Part shown: positions 13,700 through 25,600 of the stretch, piece after piece
Numbering within the stretch: position 1 is the first letter of the stretch
Layout of the letters: every line of letters begins with the position of its first letter
Assembly (NCBI GenBank): GCA_976551045.1
Contig: CDPCPM010000418.1
Span: 1,922,001-1,986,000, forward strand
Direction of reading: 5' to 3'
Length of the DNA: 64,000 nt
From: Glaucostegus cemiculus
Taxonomy: Eukaryota
Notes under the pieces: model-generated
The model's input: only the letters and a program-made list of their open reading frames with translations
Told to the model about the DNA's origin: nothing
Database searches by the model: none
Translations under genes and position numbers: made by a program

Positions 13700-16600
13700 A
13701 CGCGTGTGCGAGCGTGTGTATTTCTGCTCTTGGGTTTTTCTATAACTTTATCTTCTTTGGACTACCATAGCATTTCCAGTAATGTGACGAGTCCATTTCT
13801 GTTCTCATTTGATGATCTAACATTTCATTTCTTTTGACTGCTGCAATTGCTTCTTCAACCAATATTGCTGCCACTAATCTTTTTTTTTAAATTTCTTTTC
13901 TCATCTCCTTTGAAAATTCTAATCAGGGAAGTTAAGCTGCCAGTTCTGTTCCTCCAACTGTGTTTCAGTAACAGCGATCATACTTTGCACCTTGATTGCC
14001 TTCAGCCTTGTCTGCTTTATTCACTATACTTTTTGCATTTAGGTACATCATTTAGTTAGACTTCTTTGCTGGCCTTTTTGCAACATTTTGTTCTGCCTTC
14101 CAAACTCTAATTTTGCGCCTTCCATTTCCAGCTCTGCTTTCTCCCCTTCAGAAACTACCTGTGGCCTCCCATCCCCTGGCCAGCTAGTGGAAACCCTTTT
14201 CTACAGCACCAGCAAATCTGCCTATGAGATAGTGGCCTCAGTCTTGTTGCGGTGCAACCTATCCATTTGTTAATATAGATCTCATCTTCCCCAAAGTTGT
14301 ACCCAATACCCCTGGAATCCTCTCTTGTGCACCAACTCTTGAACCAGACACTCCCCTGTAGGATGCTCTTCGCGTACTCACTTACATGTAGCATCAGGAG
14401 TGAAGATTTCTGTTTATGAGAACCTGCTTCTGAATCACTAACTCTCAAAATATGCCAGCAGGACATCCAATATTTTTCTACCTATGTCATCAGCATCTAT
14501 ATGGATCTTGATCTCTAGCTTTTCACCTTAGGGAGTATTCTAAAGCAGTTCAGTGATTCCTCAGAGTCAGAGAGATACAGCATGGAAACAGGCTCCATGG
14601 CTCACTGAGTCCACATTGATCATCAACCGCCCATTAATACTAATTCGATATTAATCCCATTTTTGTTCTCCCCACATTATCAACCTCCCACCCCCCAATT
14701 CTACCACTCACCTACATTAAGGGCAATTTACAGGGTCCAATTAGCCTACCAACTCCACTTTTTTTGGGGGCGTGGAAGGAAAGCAGTCCACCCAGAGGAA
14801 ACCTACGCAATCACAGGGAAAACTTGCAAACTCCACACAAATAGCAACCAAGGTCAGGTTTGAATCCAGGTCTCTGGGGCTGAGGAGCAGCAGCTCTATT
14901 AGCTGTGCCACTGTAAGAATGACTGAGGACTGAACCATCTGAAGAACAAAATAAGTTTACAACACAGAAACATATCCCAAATGGTATATGCCAATGTTTA
15001 TGTCCCATGAGAGCTTCCACCCATCCAAGTCTGTAATACTTTAACAGCTTATGCCTCTGTTCCTTTCTCACTTGTGTGTTACCCAAGTTCCCCTTAAGAG
15101 GAACCCTTTAAAAATAAAAAAAGCCATCTTTCAGGAATGTACCACTGACTAATTCACTACCTTAAAGAGCTGGATTATTGAGGGAATCTCAACTGTTATT
15201 TCTTCTGACATCAAAAATACAAGCAATTAGTAGTAGCATATACATTGAGTCATAAACACTTCTAATTGCTCCCTGGTACAGAGTTTCTCAGAATCCCACA
15301 ACCTGCTTAGTTGTCTTATTTTGATAAAGTGATAACAGTGCTTCCAATAATTAGTTTCTTCTCCTCATAGTTCATTACTCTATGACAATGCAAGTTGCCT
15401 CGCATTTTCACTTGCTGGCCTACTTTGCCATTGTAGCTGATAACATAGGAAACACTTGGCCATAAGAACATTTCCTCTGATTGAATTAAGCAGAAATCTG
15501 AAGGCTCTTGAGCTCATATCCTGACAGTCCAAGTGCTCCGATTACAGTATTTCCATGTTTTTGCATGATACTTGATGCTTACCAGTGACAAAGTCATCTT
15601 GTCCTTCTGTATTTGAGGTTGCTGTGTTCATTGGTTCTAGGGGCTGCAGTATTGGCACATGTTCCATTTGACTGGGGAGAGAAAAGACACCACTTTAATT
15701 AACAATGTCTCAATACAGATTTGCAGGCAATTACTTAGGTAAACACGAATTCAAGCACTGAATACCTAAAAAGGGGAGTCAATTCTAAATGTTTTGAAAT
15801 GTTTTTGACACTTATTTTAAATTAGGTATCAGCTGCAACTCAGCTTGATGCGTACTAAACTCTGAACTAGAAAATGCATGTTCAAGTTTTACTTCAGAGA
15901 CTTGAGCACAAAAATCTGTCAGCATCTGACAGTACTGAAAGCATATTACAGTACAGTAAGAGGTGACATCTATCAGATGAGACAAGTTGAGGTCTATCTG
16001 CCCTCAAATGAACCATACAATCTTGTAGCACTATTTGAAGCCCAACAATGGCTGATATAACGGTTATTTTTTCCCCTCAACCAACAGCATTAACAAACAG
16101 ATCTACTAATTGCAACACGTTGCCTGTGGGACTTTGGTGTGTACTGATCACTACATTTCCAACAGTATTATAGTAGCCACATTAAATAACTTCTCAACTG
16201 GTTCTATAATTCCTTGGAACAAACTGGATTGTTACAGGTGGAAATTCATCTTCTTTCATTAAGGAATAAAAGGTAGACCTGAGTAGCGTGCTCCTGCCAA
16301 ATCTAATAACTCTTTATAACTTTATTTCACAAAGCTCTGCACTTCCTTCTTAAACTTTCCTAAATGGAGAGAAAAGTTAAAGGGACATGAGTAATCAGGG
16401 TGGCTTCATATTCACTGGTGTTTCCCAAGCCCAACCATCTTCAGCTGTTTCATCAATGACCTTCTTTCCATTATATGGGCAGATGTGGGATTTTACTGCA
16501 TAATATTCAATTCCATTTGCAACACCTCAACAAATAACGTAGTCTATCCCTGCATGCTGCAAGAGCCAGTCAACATTCAGGCAGTGGCAAGTAATGTTCG

Positions 16601-19600
16601 TGCCCCAAAAGCGCCAGGCCATGACTATCTCCAACATGAGAATCTAACCATTTTGACATTCAACGGCATTATCATTACCAAATTTCCTATTGTCAACATC
16701 TCGGGTGGTAAGGGGTATATGAGAGAAGAGCAGGGACTGGGTATCCTAGGGCAAGCATCTCAGCTCTTGACACTCTAAAGACTTAAGGCATAAGTCAGAG
16801 TGGTGGAAGACGCATCACTTGCTTGGAAGGGTGGAGCTCCAACAAGAGTCAAGAAACTCAACACCATCCAGATAAATCAGCCCACTTGAGTAATACTCCA
16901 TTCATCACCCTAAACATTCAGTCCACCCAACACCAACATATTGTGGCTGATGCACCATCTACATAATGCACTGCAATTACTCCTTAGGCTACTTCACAAC
17001 ACATCCAAAACATTCAACTATGACTACTGAGAAGGACTTCAGGCATATGGAAACACCACTACATGCATGTTTCACTCCATGTTGCACAGCATCCTATCAT
17101 GAAAATGTATCACCATTCCTTCATCATCATGGGTATAAATACTGGAATTCCCTATTTGGCAGTACTTCAGGAGTATCTTCACCAGAGTGATTCAAGGCAG
17201 CAGCTCGCCATCACTGGGCAATAACACTGACTTGGCCTTGGCACTGACACCCAGATCCCAAATAAAGATTTCCAGTCACCTCTTTACAATGCTGGTTAGC
17301 CATGGCTAGACTAGATAGGCTGCTCTGAGATGAAGTGCATTCACATGAGGGACAGAGATCAGGGATGTGTTCTAAGTGTTACTGACAGCAGGTGTATACT
17401 CCCTTCTGTTCATTTTCCATATTTGACCAGGCAAGGATGCAATTAAGGTAGTGAATGAATGGGAACTAAATGTCCAAGCCAGGATGATATGGACTTGGGA
17501 GGTGATAGTTTGTCCTATGCATCTGAAGCTTTGCACTCCTGGGTGACAGCATTTGTGTATTGAGTTCATCTCCATTCCTGACTCTTGGTGGAGTGGAGCT
17601 TTGATACTGGGCTCACAAATGGTTTCTATAACACTGAAAAACCTGCATGTCATGGACATCAGAGAGTTGCTGAGTCTCCTGCACTCCCTCCATTCACCAG
17701 AGGTCCAGTTGAAATCCCAAGATCTTTTAGGTCTTGGGATTTCAACTGGACCTCTGGCTTCTGGTGCCCATAAAGCTATTTCTTTTCACTTGAGAGGGTG
17801 GAACTTCTAGTCTAGGAATGCCTTACATTTGCAGTAGTTTAAATGCAAACATAAGCATCCACACCATTCTGCTTTTCCCTTACGGGAATGGTTTTGGTAA
17901 CATCAGTGCCAGCTGTATCCACATAACCAATCTTCTTTTCCGCTTCCCTTTTTCTCAACTCAACCTCTTCCGACCAAGATACAGATGGTGTTAGCCTCTG
18001 TCTCTTATTCCGTCCCCAAGGGGCAGAGACCGTTGGGAGCTTGAGTATTTTCCCACCCCTTCTACCCATCAACATTTTTCCTGTAGGATGTCAGGTCAGC
18101 TTGCTGCTACCCATACTGGAAGCAACCAATTCAAGTTACATACTTTTCCCCCTCTGAAGCATTTTCCTACCTGGGCACATGGCATTGAGCTGAGCATGCA
18201 TTAAGAAAACAACCCTTGAGGTCACTCTGCCTGCTTTTCTCTGACAAAGAACTCAAACGGTTATCTAAAGTCATGACAGCAGAGATGATGTCACTGAGCA
18301 CATCAAGTCTGTAGCAGTTCTCTGCAGAGCAATCAAGTCAATGCTACTTCTCAAAATTCCCCAGCAAAATTGATACCTTCAAACATTTACCCAATTTCCC
18401 CTTGAAAGTCATAACTCAACTTCTGTCCACCATACTTTAGGTGGTGCAGGACAGATCATAACTACCTCATGAGCAGTAAGGTCACTCGTGGATCTTGTAA
18501 CATTCATTACCTCCTTTGGTCCTCCAACATTATACTAGTGAGATTAATTTCATTCTTAAACATGCAATTTCAATAAAAAGATCGTCCCATAAGCTCTTCT
18601 CACCTTGGTGAATCAGAATCCTGGTGGGAATCTTCATGCTGTTGCTCATCAAGTTCCATAGCATCTTGCACTGTTGCCTTTATTCTTACAGGAACAGAAC
18701 TGAAACAATATTAAATGTTACAATCAGGGGACAGTGTTGTCAGCAGATTTATTTAACAGAGTGACAACAGCATTAAGGCTATCAAACTTGCTTCATGTGT
18801 CATCACATTGTTCTTGTGTGATCATAAATTTTAAAACTGTAGCCTCTGACTATGCCATTCCTGCTAATTCAATTATTTCTTGCTTATAAACAATATTTTC
18901 CCAATAATTTGTAACAAATAAATTACATTATCTGAGATAGGAGATAACATTCTGCCAAACCAAAAAATAACACCTCTGAATTTTGACGATTCCCATCATT
19001 AGGTAGCTGGTAGGTTCCAATCAGATATCTGTCCAGAAATGAGATGAGTAACTACTTCCAAAATGCCCTCTCTCTCCATTGATTTTTGGTTCTAGAAGAA
19101 CCTCATATAGAAGTACTCATGTTAGCTGAGAAAAATGAACACATAATGGATGCAAGCTGAAGAGCTTTCAGTTGAACTTTTGCTTAGATCAATTTGCAAT
19201 TCACTGCTACAATGCTCCTATTCAAAATCAGTTCACCAGATGCCAGGAAAGCTCATTCAGTTGATGCACTTGGTGGTGAGAAAATCAAAAATCTTTCAGC
19301 AAAGAGCAAGCCTGGGAGAGGCATGATGTGTGGGCAGCTGAGATTAACATTAAGTTAACAATACTGCCTCTATGAATTTTAAATCAATTTTTACTCAAAG
19401 ATATATAATACTTCAAGTAACTTGAATTAAGCAATTAAAAATAACCATAAAGGATTTTTTTGTGCAAGATTTCAATTCAACTACATTTAAAATAAAAATA
19501 GACTGCTTGGAGATGAAGAAGAAAAAAAAGACTAGATCAAAAAATATATTTTGTAGACAAGAAGATTGAGGGATATGAGAAGTGCTTATTATTTACAAAA

Positions 19601-22600
19601 TTTGGTACAGAGTTCAGAATACTGTCTTCTGGTCCAGTATACCATTTGCTATTCAGAGTGCTTCCATGAAATAGCCGATAACCAGACAAATTCCTTCTAC
19701 TCACAACCCAGGAGCTTATGATGTAAGGGGAAAAGGAACATGGAGGATCACCATTTAAGGCAAACAGGAAATTCACACAAAAATGTATATATCCTTCAGT
19801 AAGGTTGAAAAATTGCTACATTTATTAGTTTCCAAAAGTATTTTCTAAAATATTAAAATGACAAGGAAAGTAAGACTTTGAAACATGTACTTTGGTCCAC
19901 AGTGTTCATGCAGACCATCAAGTAACCATCTTAATCCCACCTTAATACCAACATTCAGTCTATAGCCTTCTATACCTTGGTGATTCAGGTACTTGTCTAG
20001 GTACTTCCTAATCGATGTGAATCAGTCAGTGTGTTCCAAACACTGTTAGAGTAAAGAAAATTCTCTCAGATTCCCCCTGAACCACCTACCCTTTACCTTA
20101 AAACCTATGCCCTCTGAATTTAAGCACCTACTACGGGAAAAGTGTTTCCTATCAACTTAAGCCCCCTCATAATTTGTATACCTCTATCAGGTCCCCACTG
20201 GACCTCTTTCACTGAAAGGAAAGCAAACCCAGCCTATCCAGTCTCTTCCTGTAAATGAAAAACTCCATCCCAGGCAACATCCTGGTCAATTTCCTTTGCA
20301 CTTTCTTGAGCGCAATTATGTCCTTCCTGTAGCGTGACAACCAGAGTGGCAAGTTACTCCAGCTGTGGCCTAACCAATATTTTATAAAGATGTACTATAA
20401 ACTCCCTGTTCTTACATTATATGCCCCAGCTAATGAAGGAAAGTATCCCATATGCCTTATTGGCCACCTTCAGGGATCTTTGGACTAGTACACCAAGGTC
20501 TCTTGATTCCTCATTACTCTCTAGGTCCAACCATTTATGCAGGAATGTGGCATTCTTAACATTTGTTAGAAGCCGATTTAAAAAACATCGTTATTACTTA
20601 CCCTGCACTAGCGGATAGGGGCATGTTAGCTGAATCAGACTCCAGAACATCTTGATGACCTCCACAAGATTCAGTCATGACATGTACCACCTTGTGCTTT
20701 TTATTGCTCATTTTGTCAGAAGAGGATGATGTCCGTTTTACCCTGGGCTTGGTTCTTGGAGATCCTGGAGATACTACAGGCATACTACTGACAGAAGACT
20801 GGTCCGTGGTGGAGGAAAACACAGAAGTTACAGGAGCTGGTGAAGCCATGCTGGTGTTTGAAAATACAACTGTGTTGCTCATGACACTAGACGACACGCA
20901 CAATGTGGTAGTTGATATCTGGCCACCTGAAATGCAAACAGCATCTAACTGGGCAGTTGTTGCTACACATTTACTTGGCAACAGCTGAGTTCTCTGATGG
21001 TGTAGCTGATAGGTCCCTTCCTGGTCAGGTGGACTTGGTGCAACTGGTACAGAGACTGCTGGGGTGGAAGGCAGCAAGCATATACTCTGTGCTGGAGATA
21101 GGGGTCCACTGTTAGGGCTTTGTGATGGCCCTAAATGTTGAAACATTCCTGCTCCGGGCAATGATACTGCTTGATCTGAAAGTCCTAAACTCTGTTGACT
21201 AGCTTTGATTAACAGATTGCTTATTGAGCCAGTGATATCTGTTGTTCCTAGCAACATGGGAGCAGCTAAGGTGACTGAACTTTGACCCAGAATATGCCCA
21301 GTTACAGCACCAGCACTGGTTGCTGTTGTTGCTGCATGCATAGATACAACATTCAAAACAGACTGGCCTGATCCTAATCCTGATACATTTCCGGCTGCCA
21401 AATGAGTATTTTCTGGACCAATGACGCTTGTGGAACCGACTGCCCCCAGCGTTTGTTGAAGCTGAGGCACAGCTAAAGATGCCTGTTCAAAATACATCAC
21501 AGCAGACTTTGGACGTTTGATTATGTTTGGAATTGTTCGCTGGGGTCCTGTGTTTGCAAGTGCTCCTAAATCCACTAATCCTGACTGGTTAGTAATCCCT
21601 CCAGGGACCTGTGATGATGGAAAGTTAATTGAAGTCATATTCGGTACTATTTCTGAAGAAGAGCTTGAAGTTTGCTGGTACGAAGGTGCTAGTTTCTTGC
21701 CTTTTTTAGAAGGCAGTCGGTTTATTGGCCTTTTCTTAGCTTGAGTGGATCCTGGACTAGAGGTCATGGCAGTGACAAGCTCTGGCCTCTGACTGGGCTC
21801 TGAACTTAAGAGCTGAGGATCCTGAGATGGCTGGACCCCAATGAGGAGGCCAGAGGCAGAGTTGGCGCTGTTGGGCTGAAATGCTGATCCAGTGGGTCCC
21901 GCAAAGGAATGTAACTGAGGGTGTTGTGATAAAGTCATCAACCCACTGCTGTTGGTCATGGTAGCAGAAGTGTATATCGACTGTGAAGCTGGCAAGCTAA
22001 CATTTAAACCAGTTGCCAAAGCTGGGCTGCATCCCATAGAAACATTTTGCCCAAGAACTGTATTGTTTGCCTCTATAACTGCTTGTGCAGTTCCAACTGA
22101 AGGTGCTAGATTTATCTTTTGTGCAACTCCATTGGCAAGTGTCTGCAGAACATACAGTTGTCCATGTTGATTGAAAACAATGAGGTTTTCTGGTCCTGGT
22201 TTAGGGAGTGCTGTAGTCTCTGCTGTAGAACTTGCAATGGGAGAAGGTCCAGGACTATCTGGACTCGTGACATATTTCTGACCTTGAGGTAGCACTGAAG
22301 GTGAAACAGATACTGGAAGGACAATTGGTGAACTCGCGCCAACCCCTGTCAGATCCTGGTTGTTAAGTCCTTGTTCCACCTGAGTGCAGGTTGGCGAAGT
22401 TAGCTGGTCGGTGTCCATGTGACTTTGCATGAACTGATCTGATGCCATGTGACTTTCTCCAGATGGCTCCACCACTTGATGTCCCATCAAGGAAACTTCA
22501 GGTTCATTCACTGTCACTGATTTCTCCCCAGTCACTGTCACCCCCTTTTCCACTGTCTCAGCGGCAGGTAAATTTAGTACCGACTGATCTTCTGATGGGG

Positions 22601-25600
22601 CTAGCTGGGATGTTGAAATAACAGTAAGGCTGCTGTGGCTTTGGTTAGAAACAGTTGGGCTGCACGTTGTTAAAACAGAAAGGTCAGACGGCAACTCAAG
22701 CGGCAGTTCAAATGGCTCCTCAGCAGGAATGGAGGCCGAGACGACACTTTCCACAGGTTCCGTGCTAGGCAATGGCTGGGAAAATACTTCAAACAGACTG
22801 CCCATATCCTTTCCTCTGTTACTAACCAGACCTAAGCCCTCACCCAGTGTTATAAGTTCAGATGATGACGACTCTGGACTTTCCCCTAGTGCCTGCATAG
22901 ACTGTGTATTCTTAAGAACAAAGTCCATGATGTCAGATGGGAGAATATTGCCACAATCATCACTGTTATTATTGTCTGAATCATTGGCAGCCTTCAACAA
23001 GTCTGTGTTGAAACTATCCAGCAAATTCTTTTCAGAAGGCGTGCTGGAGTGGCCTCGTCTTGGAGTGTCTAATGAGGTGAGAGAAACCTCCGCCAAGGAG
23101 TCTTGGCCCTGAGACTTCACTCTACTCACTGGAAGGCAGTTATCTAACTTTGAATCATTACCTTTCAGGTCAGAAACTGTTTTAATACCATGGTTCTCCT
23201 TTTCTCCATCAACTGCACCACTGTTAATTGCTCCATCAAGGTCTAGGCTTTCGGTTCCATTTTCTTTGGATTTTATTTTGTTCACCTGCGTTGTTTTCCC
23301 TGTTGTTGTGGTTACACTAACATCACTTTCTGTGCCATCATCAACACCATCAAGTTGACTTATCCTGGGTATGCGGCAATCTTCCTCACCGTCAAAGAAA
23401 CTGCATGGCTCAAGCCTTCCCTCTCTATCAGAGGTGATAACTGTTCTCGTGAAATTGTAGTAGTATTCCATATCTTCATCAGATGATGTACTTGGATCAT
23501 CAGCTCCATCTACCTGTCCTTGAGTTGACTGCTCTCCTCGTTTTTTCCCAGAGGGATCTCGATAGAATGGAAAATCTTCTTCACCGTATGATTTTACCCC
23601 ATAAAAGGGAGTCAACCCAAAAAAAGTAGTTGAGCGTGCACGGGCACTGCGGCGGGGATACCTCCTTTTGTTTGAATCATTGTCCTGAGCTTTGTTCCCG
23701 TCACCATCCTCCTGTGTAGTCTGATTTCCACATTGCAGCACGTGCTTTTGAAACAGATTCTTCACCCTTTGTTTGTAGACCTTGTTGCATTTTGGACACC
23801 TCAGGTTTTCCTGCTCATTTTCTGGACTTCCTGCCATCGAAGGTGGCACAGCTGAGGACAACGGCTCATCAACTTCCTGAGAACTGGCCGACATGGATGT
23901 GACCATACTTTCATCATGATCCTCATCAACAAGATAATCAGATTCTAAATATCCATGAATTTCTTGCTTTTGTGAAGTATGCATTTCTTTTTTGCGAATA
24001 TCAGCCTGGATCTTGTCAGATGGGGGTTGGACCCCTTCACTAATACTTGCAGAGAGATAATGTTCAGTGCTAGCAGATTTGTCACTAAATACCTGTTCAG
24101 GTTCTTCTATAGTTTGAGTGTTCTCAGCCAGTTCAAGTAGTGAATTGCTGGATGCTTTTTGATTAACCTTTAGATCTGCAGCAGAATCGGAACATGGGCT
24201 TCCCTCAAAATGCTTTCCTGTCTGTACTCTGCTGTTTCTGGGAAAATCAGCTGAGGACACTTTAGTGACTGGTCTCTTCTCTGTACAGTTTGACCGAGAG
24301 TATTCATTTCCTGCAGTCACAGTATGGCTAGCTCCAGCAGACTGTAACCTCGTTCTCTCAGTGCCTTGACTGTGAGTGTGCTCCTTGCTCGATTTTCCTG
24401 CATGCACAGTGTCCTTGTATTGCTCATTTGGTCTTCTGGAATCCTTTTGTTGGAAAGGTAACGTGCAAGTTTTTGTTTCTTTGGGGAGTGGTGTCACTGA
24501 ATTAGAATTTGTAAGCAACACACTGTTGTTACGTGCTTCTTTCTGTGATGTACGTGATGCTGGTACTGTGGGAACTGAGGTAGACGTCAATGGTGACACT
24601 GACGTTGTCACTGAACCGTCCAGCGTACTTGCAGGTGGATTGGTCTCACTTCGAGAATGGTTACCAGATAAAGTCAGAGAATGCTCTTTTGAACTGTGAT
24701 GCCCAACACATGTTGGCTCTGTCCTGTTAGGCTGTAAACCTAATGTGTGAGAAACTCCTGTATGATGTACAGGGACAGAATCAGCACTACTGATGCGTTG
24801 CCGGCTGGAAGGACCGGTATACGCCTGGAGTGAAATGCCAAGTTTGTCTGTCTGAAGTGCTTTACGAAAAGTTTCAGCAGGTTGGCTTCCTGTGTCTGTA
24901 TCTGACGATACACTGAGGGAGGTCAGTGGTGATGTATTGATGTTACCACTTGATCTTACATATGTTATGCCCATTTGGGAAGGAGAAGCCATCTTGTGCC
25001 TGGAATGTTGGGGTGATACTGAAGTTGTACTATGTCTCCTAGAAATGGTGCTCCGTCTCCCTGACGACAGCAGGGCATCGGCAAATGTAACTTTCTCATG
25101 AATCATTGGTGTGGGGCTCCCTTTAAAAAAAACATAAGTTATGAATATTTCAAATCCCATTTCTACAATTGTTTATCAAGATGCAAGGACTAGAAAAAGA
25201 ATCATCTATTATTTTCTGTTTTGGTTCCAAGAACTTGTAACACTAACAGGCCAGTCTTTCCAATTAATTAAATCAAGGATCATCTGAACTGCCACTCCAC
25301 TCATCCTTTGAAACTCAGAGATGCATGGCCTCCAAGTAAGAATGCCAATTTATTAACAAATGCTATGCATTTGTACTCAGTCAGATGGATTGAGATTACC
25401 CAACAAAATAATTTCCTGTCGTACCTATTCGGATGATAAAGAAAACCTTCATCCTCTTGGAATGAGCTATATTCAGAAGTAGGCCAAATGATACAGCATA
25501 CCATATATCCCCAAAACTACATTCTTACGAGCTGAAGTGAAGGTACATGCTGATATATCACTTCAACAGCATGAACATTCCTACCCAATATACTAAATGA

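Noticed and set aside
17884-18080. Coding-looking minus-strand ORF (17839-18075) bounded by ctacag| and |gtaagg
   Set aside because: In the required phase 2 it hits TAG after five codons and the polypyrimidine tract is poor; 18604-18699 fits exon 28 better. A poison exon cannot be excluded, but nothing supports it.
20677-25101. Plus-strand ORFs of 67-127 aa antisense to the giant exon
   Set aside because: Shadow ORFs of the coding strand with no independent homology or signals
25121-25160. N-terminus of the 1520-aa ORF as a standalone gene start
   Set aside because: MGFEIFITYVFFK is intronic sequence read through the acceptor at 25120
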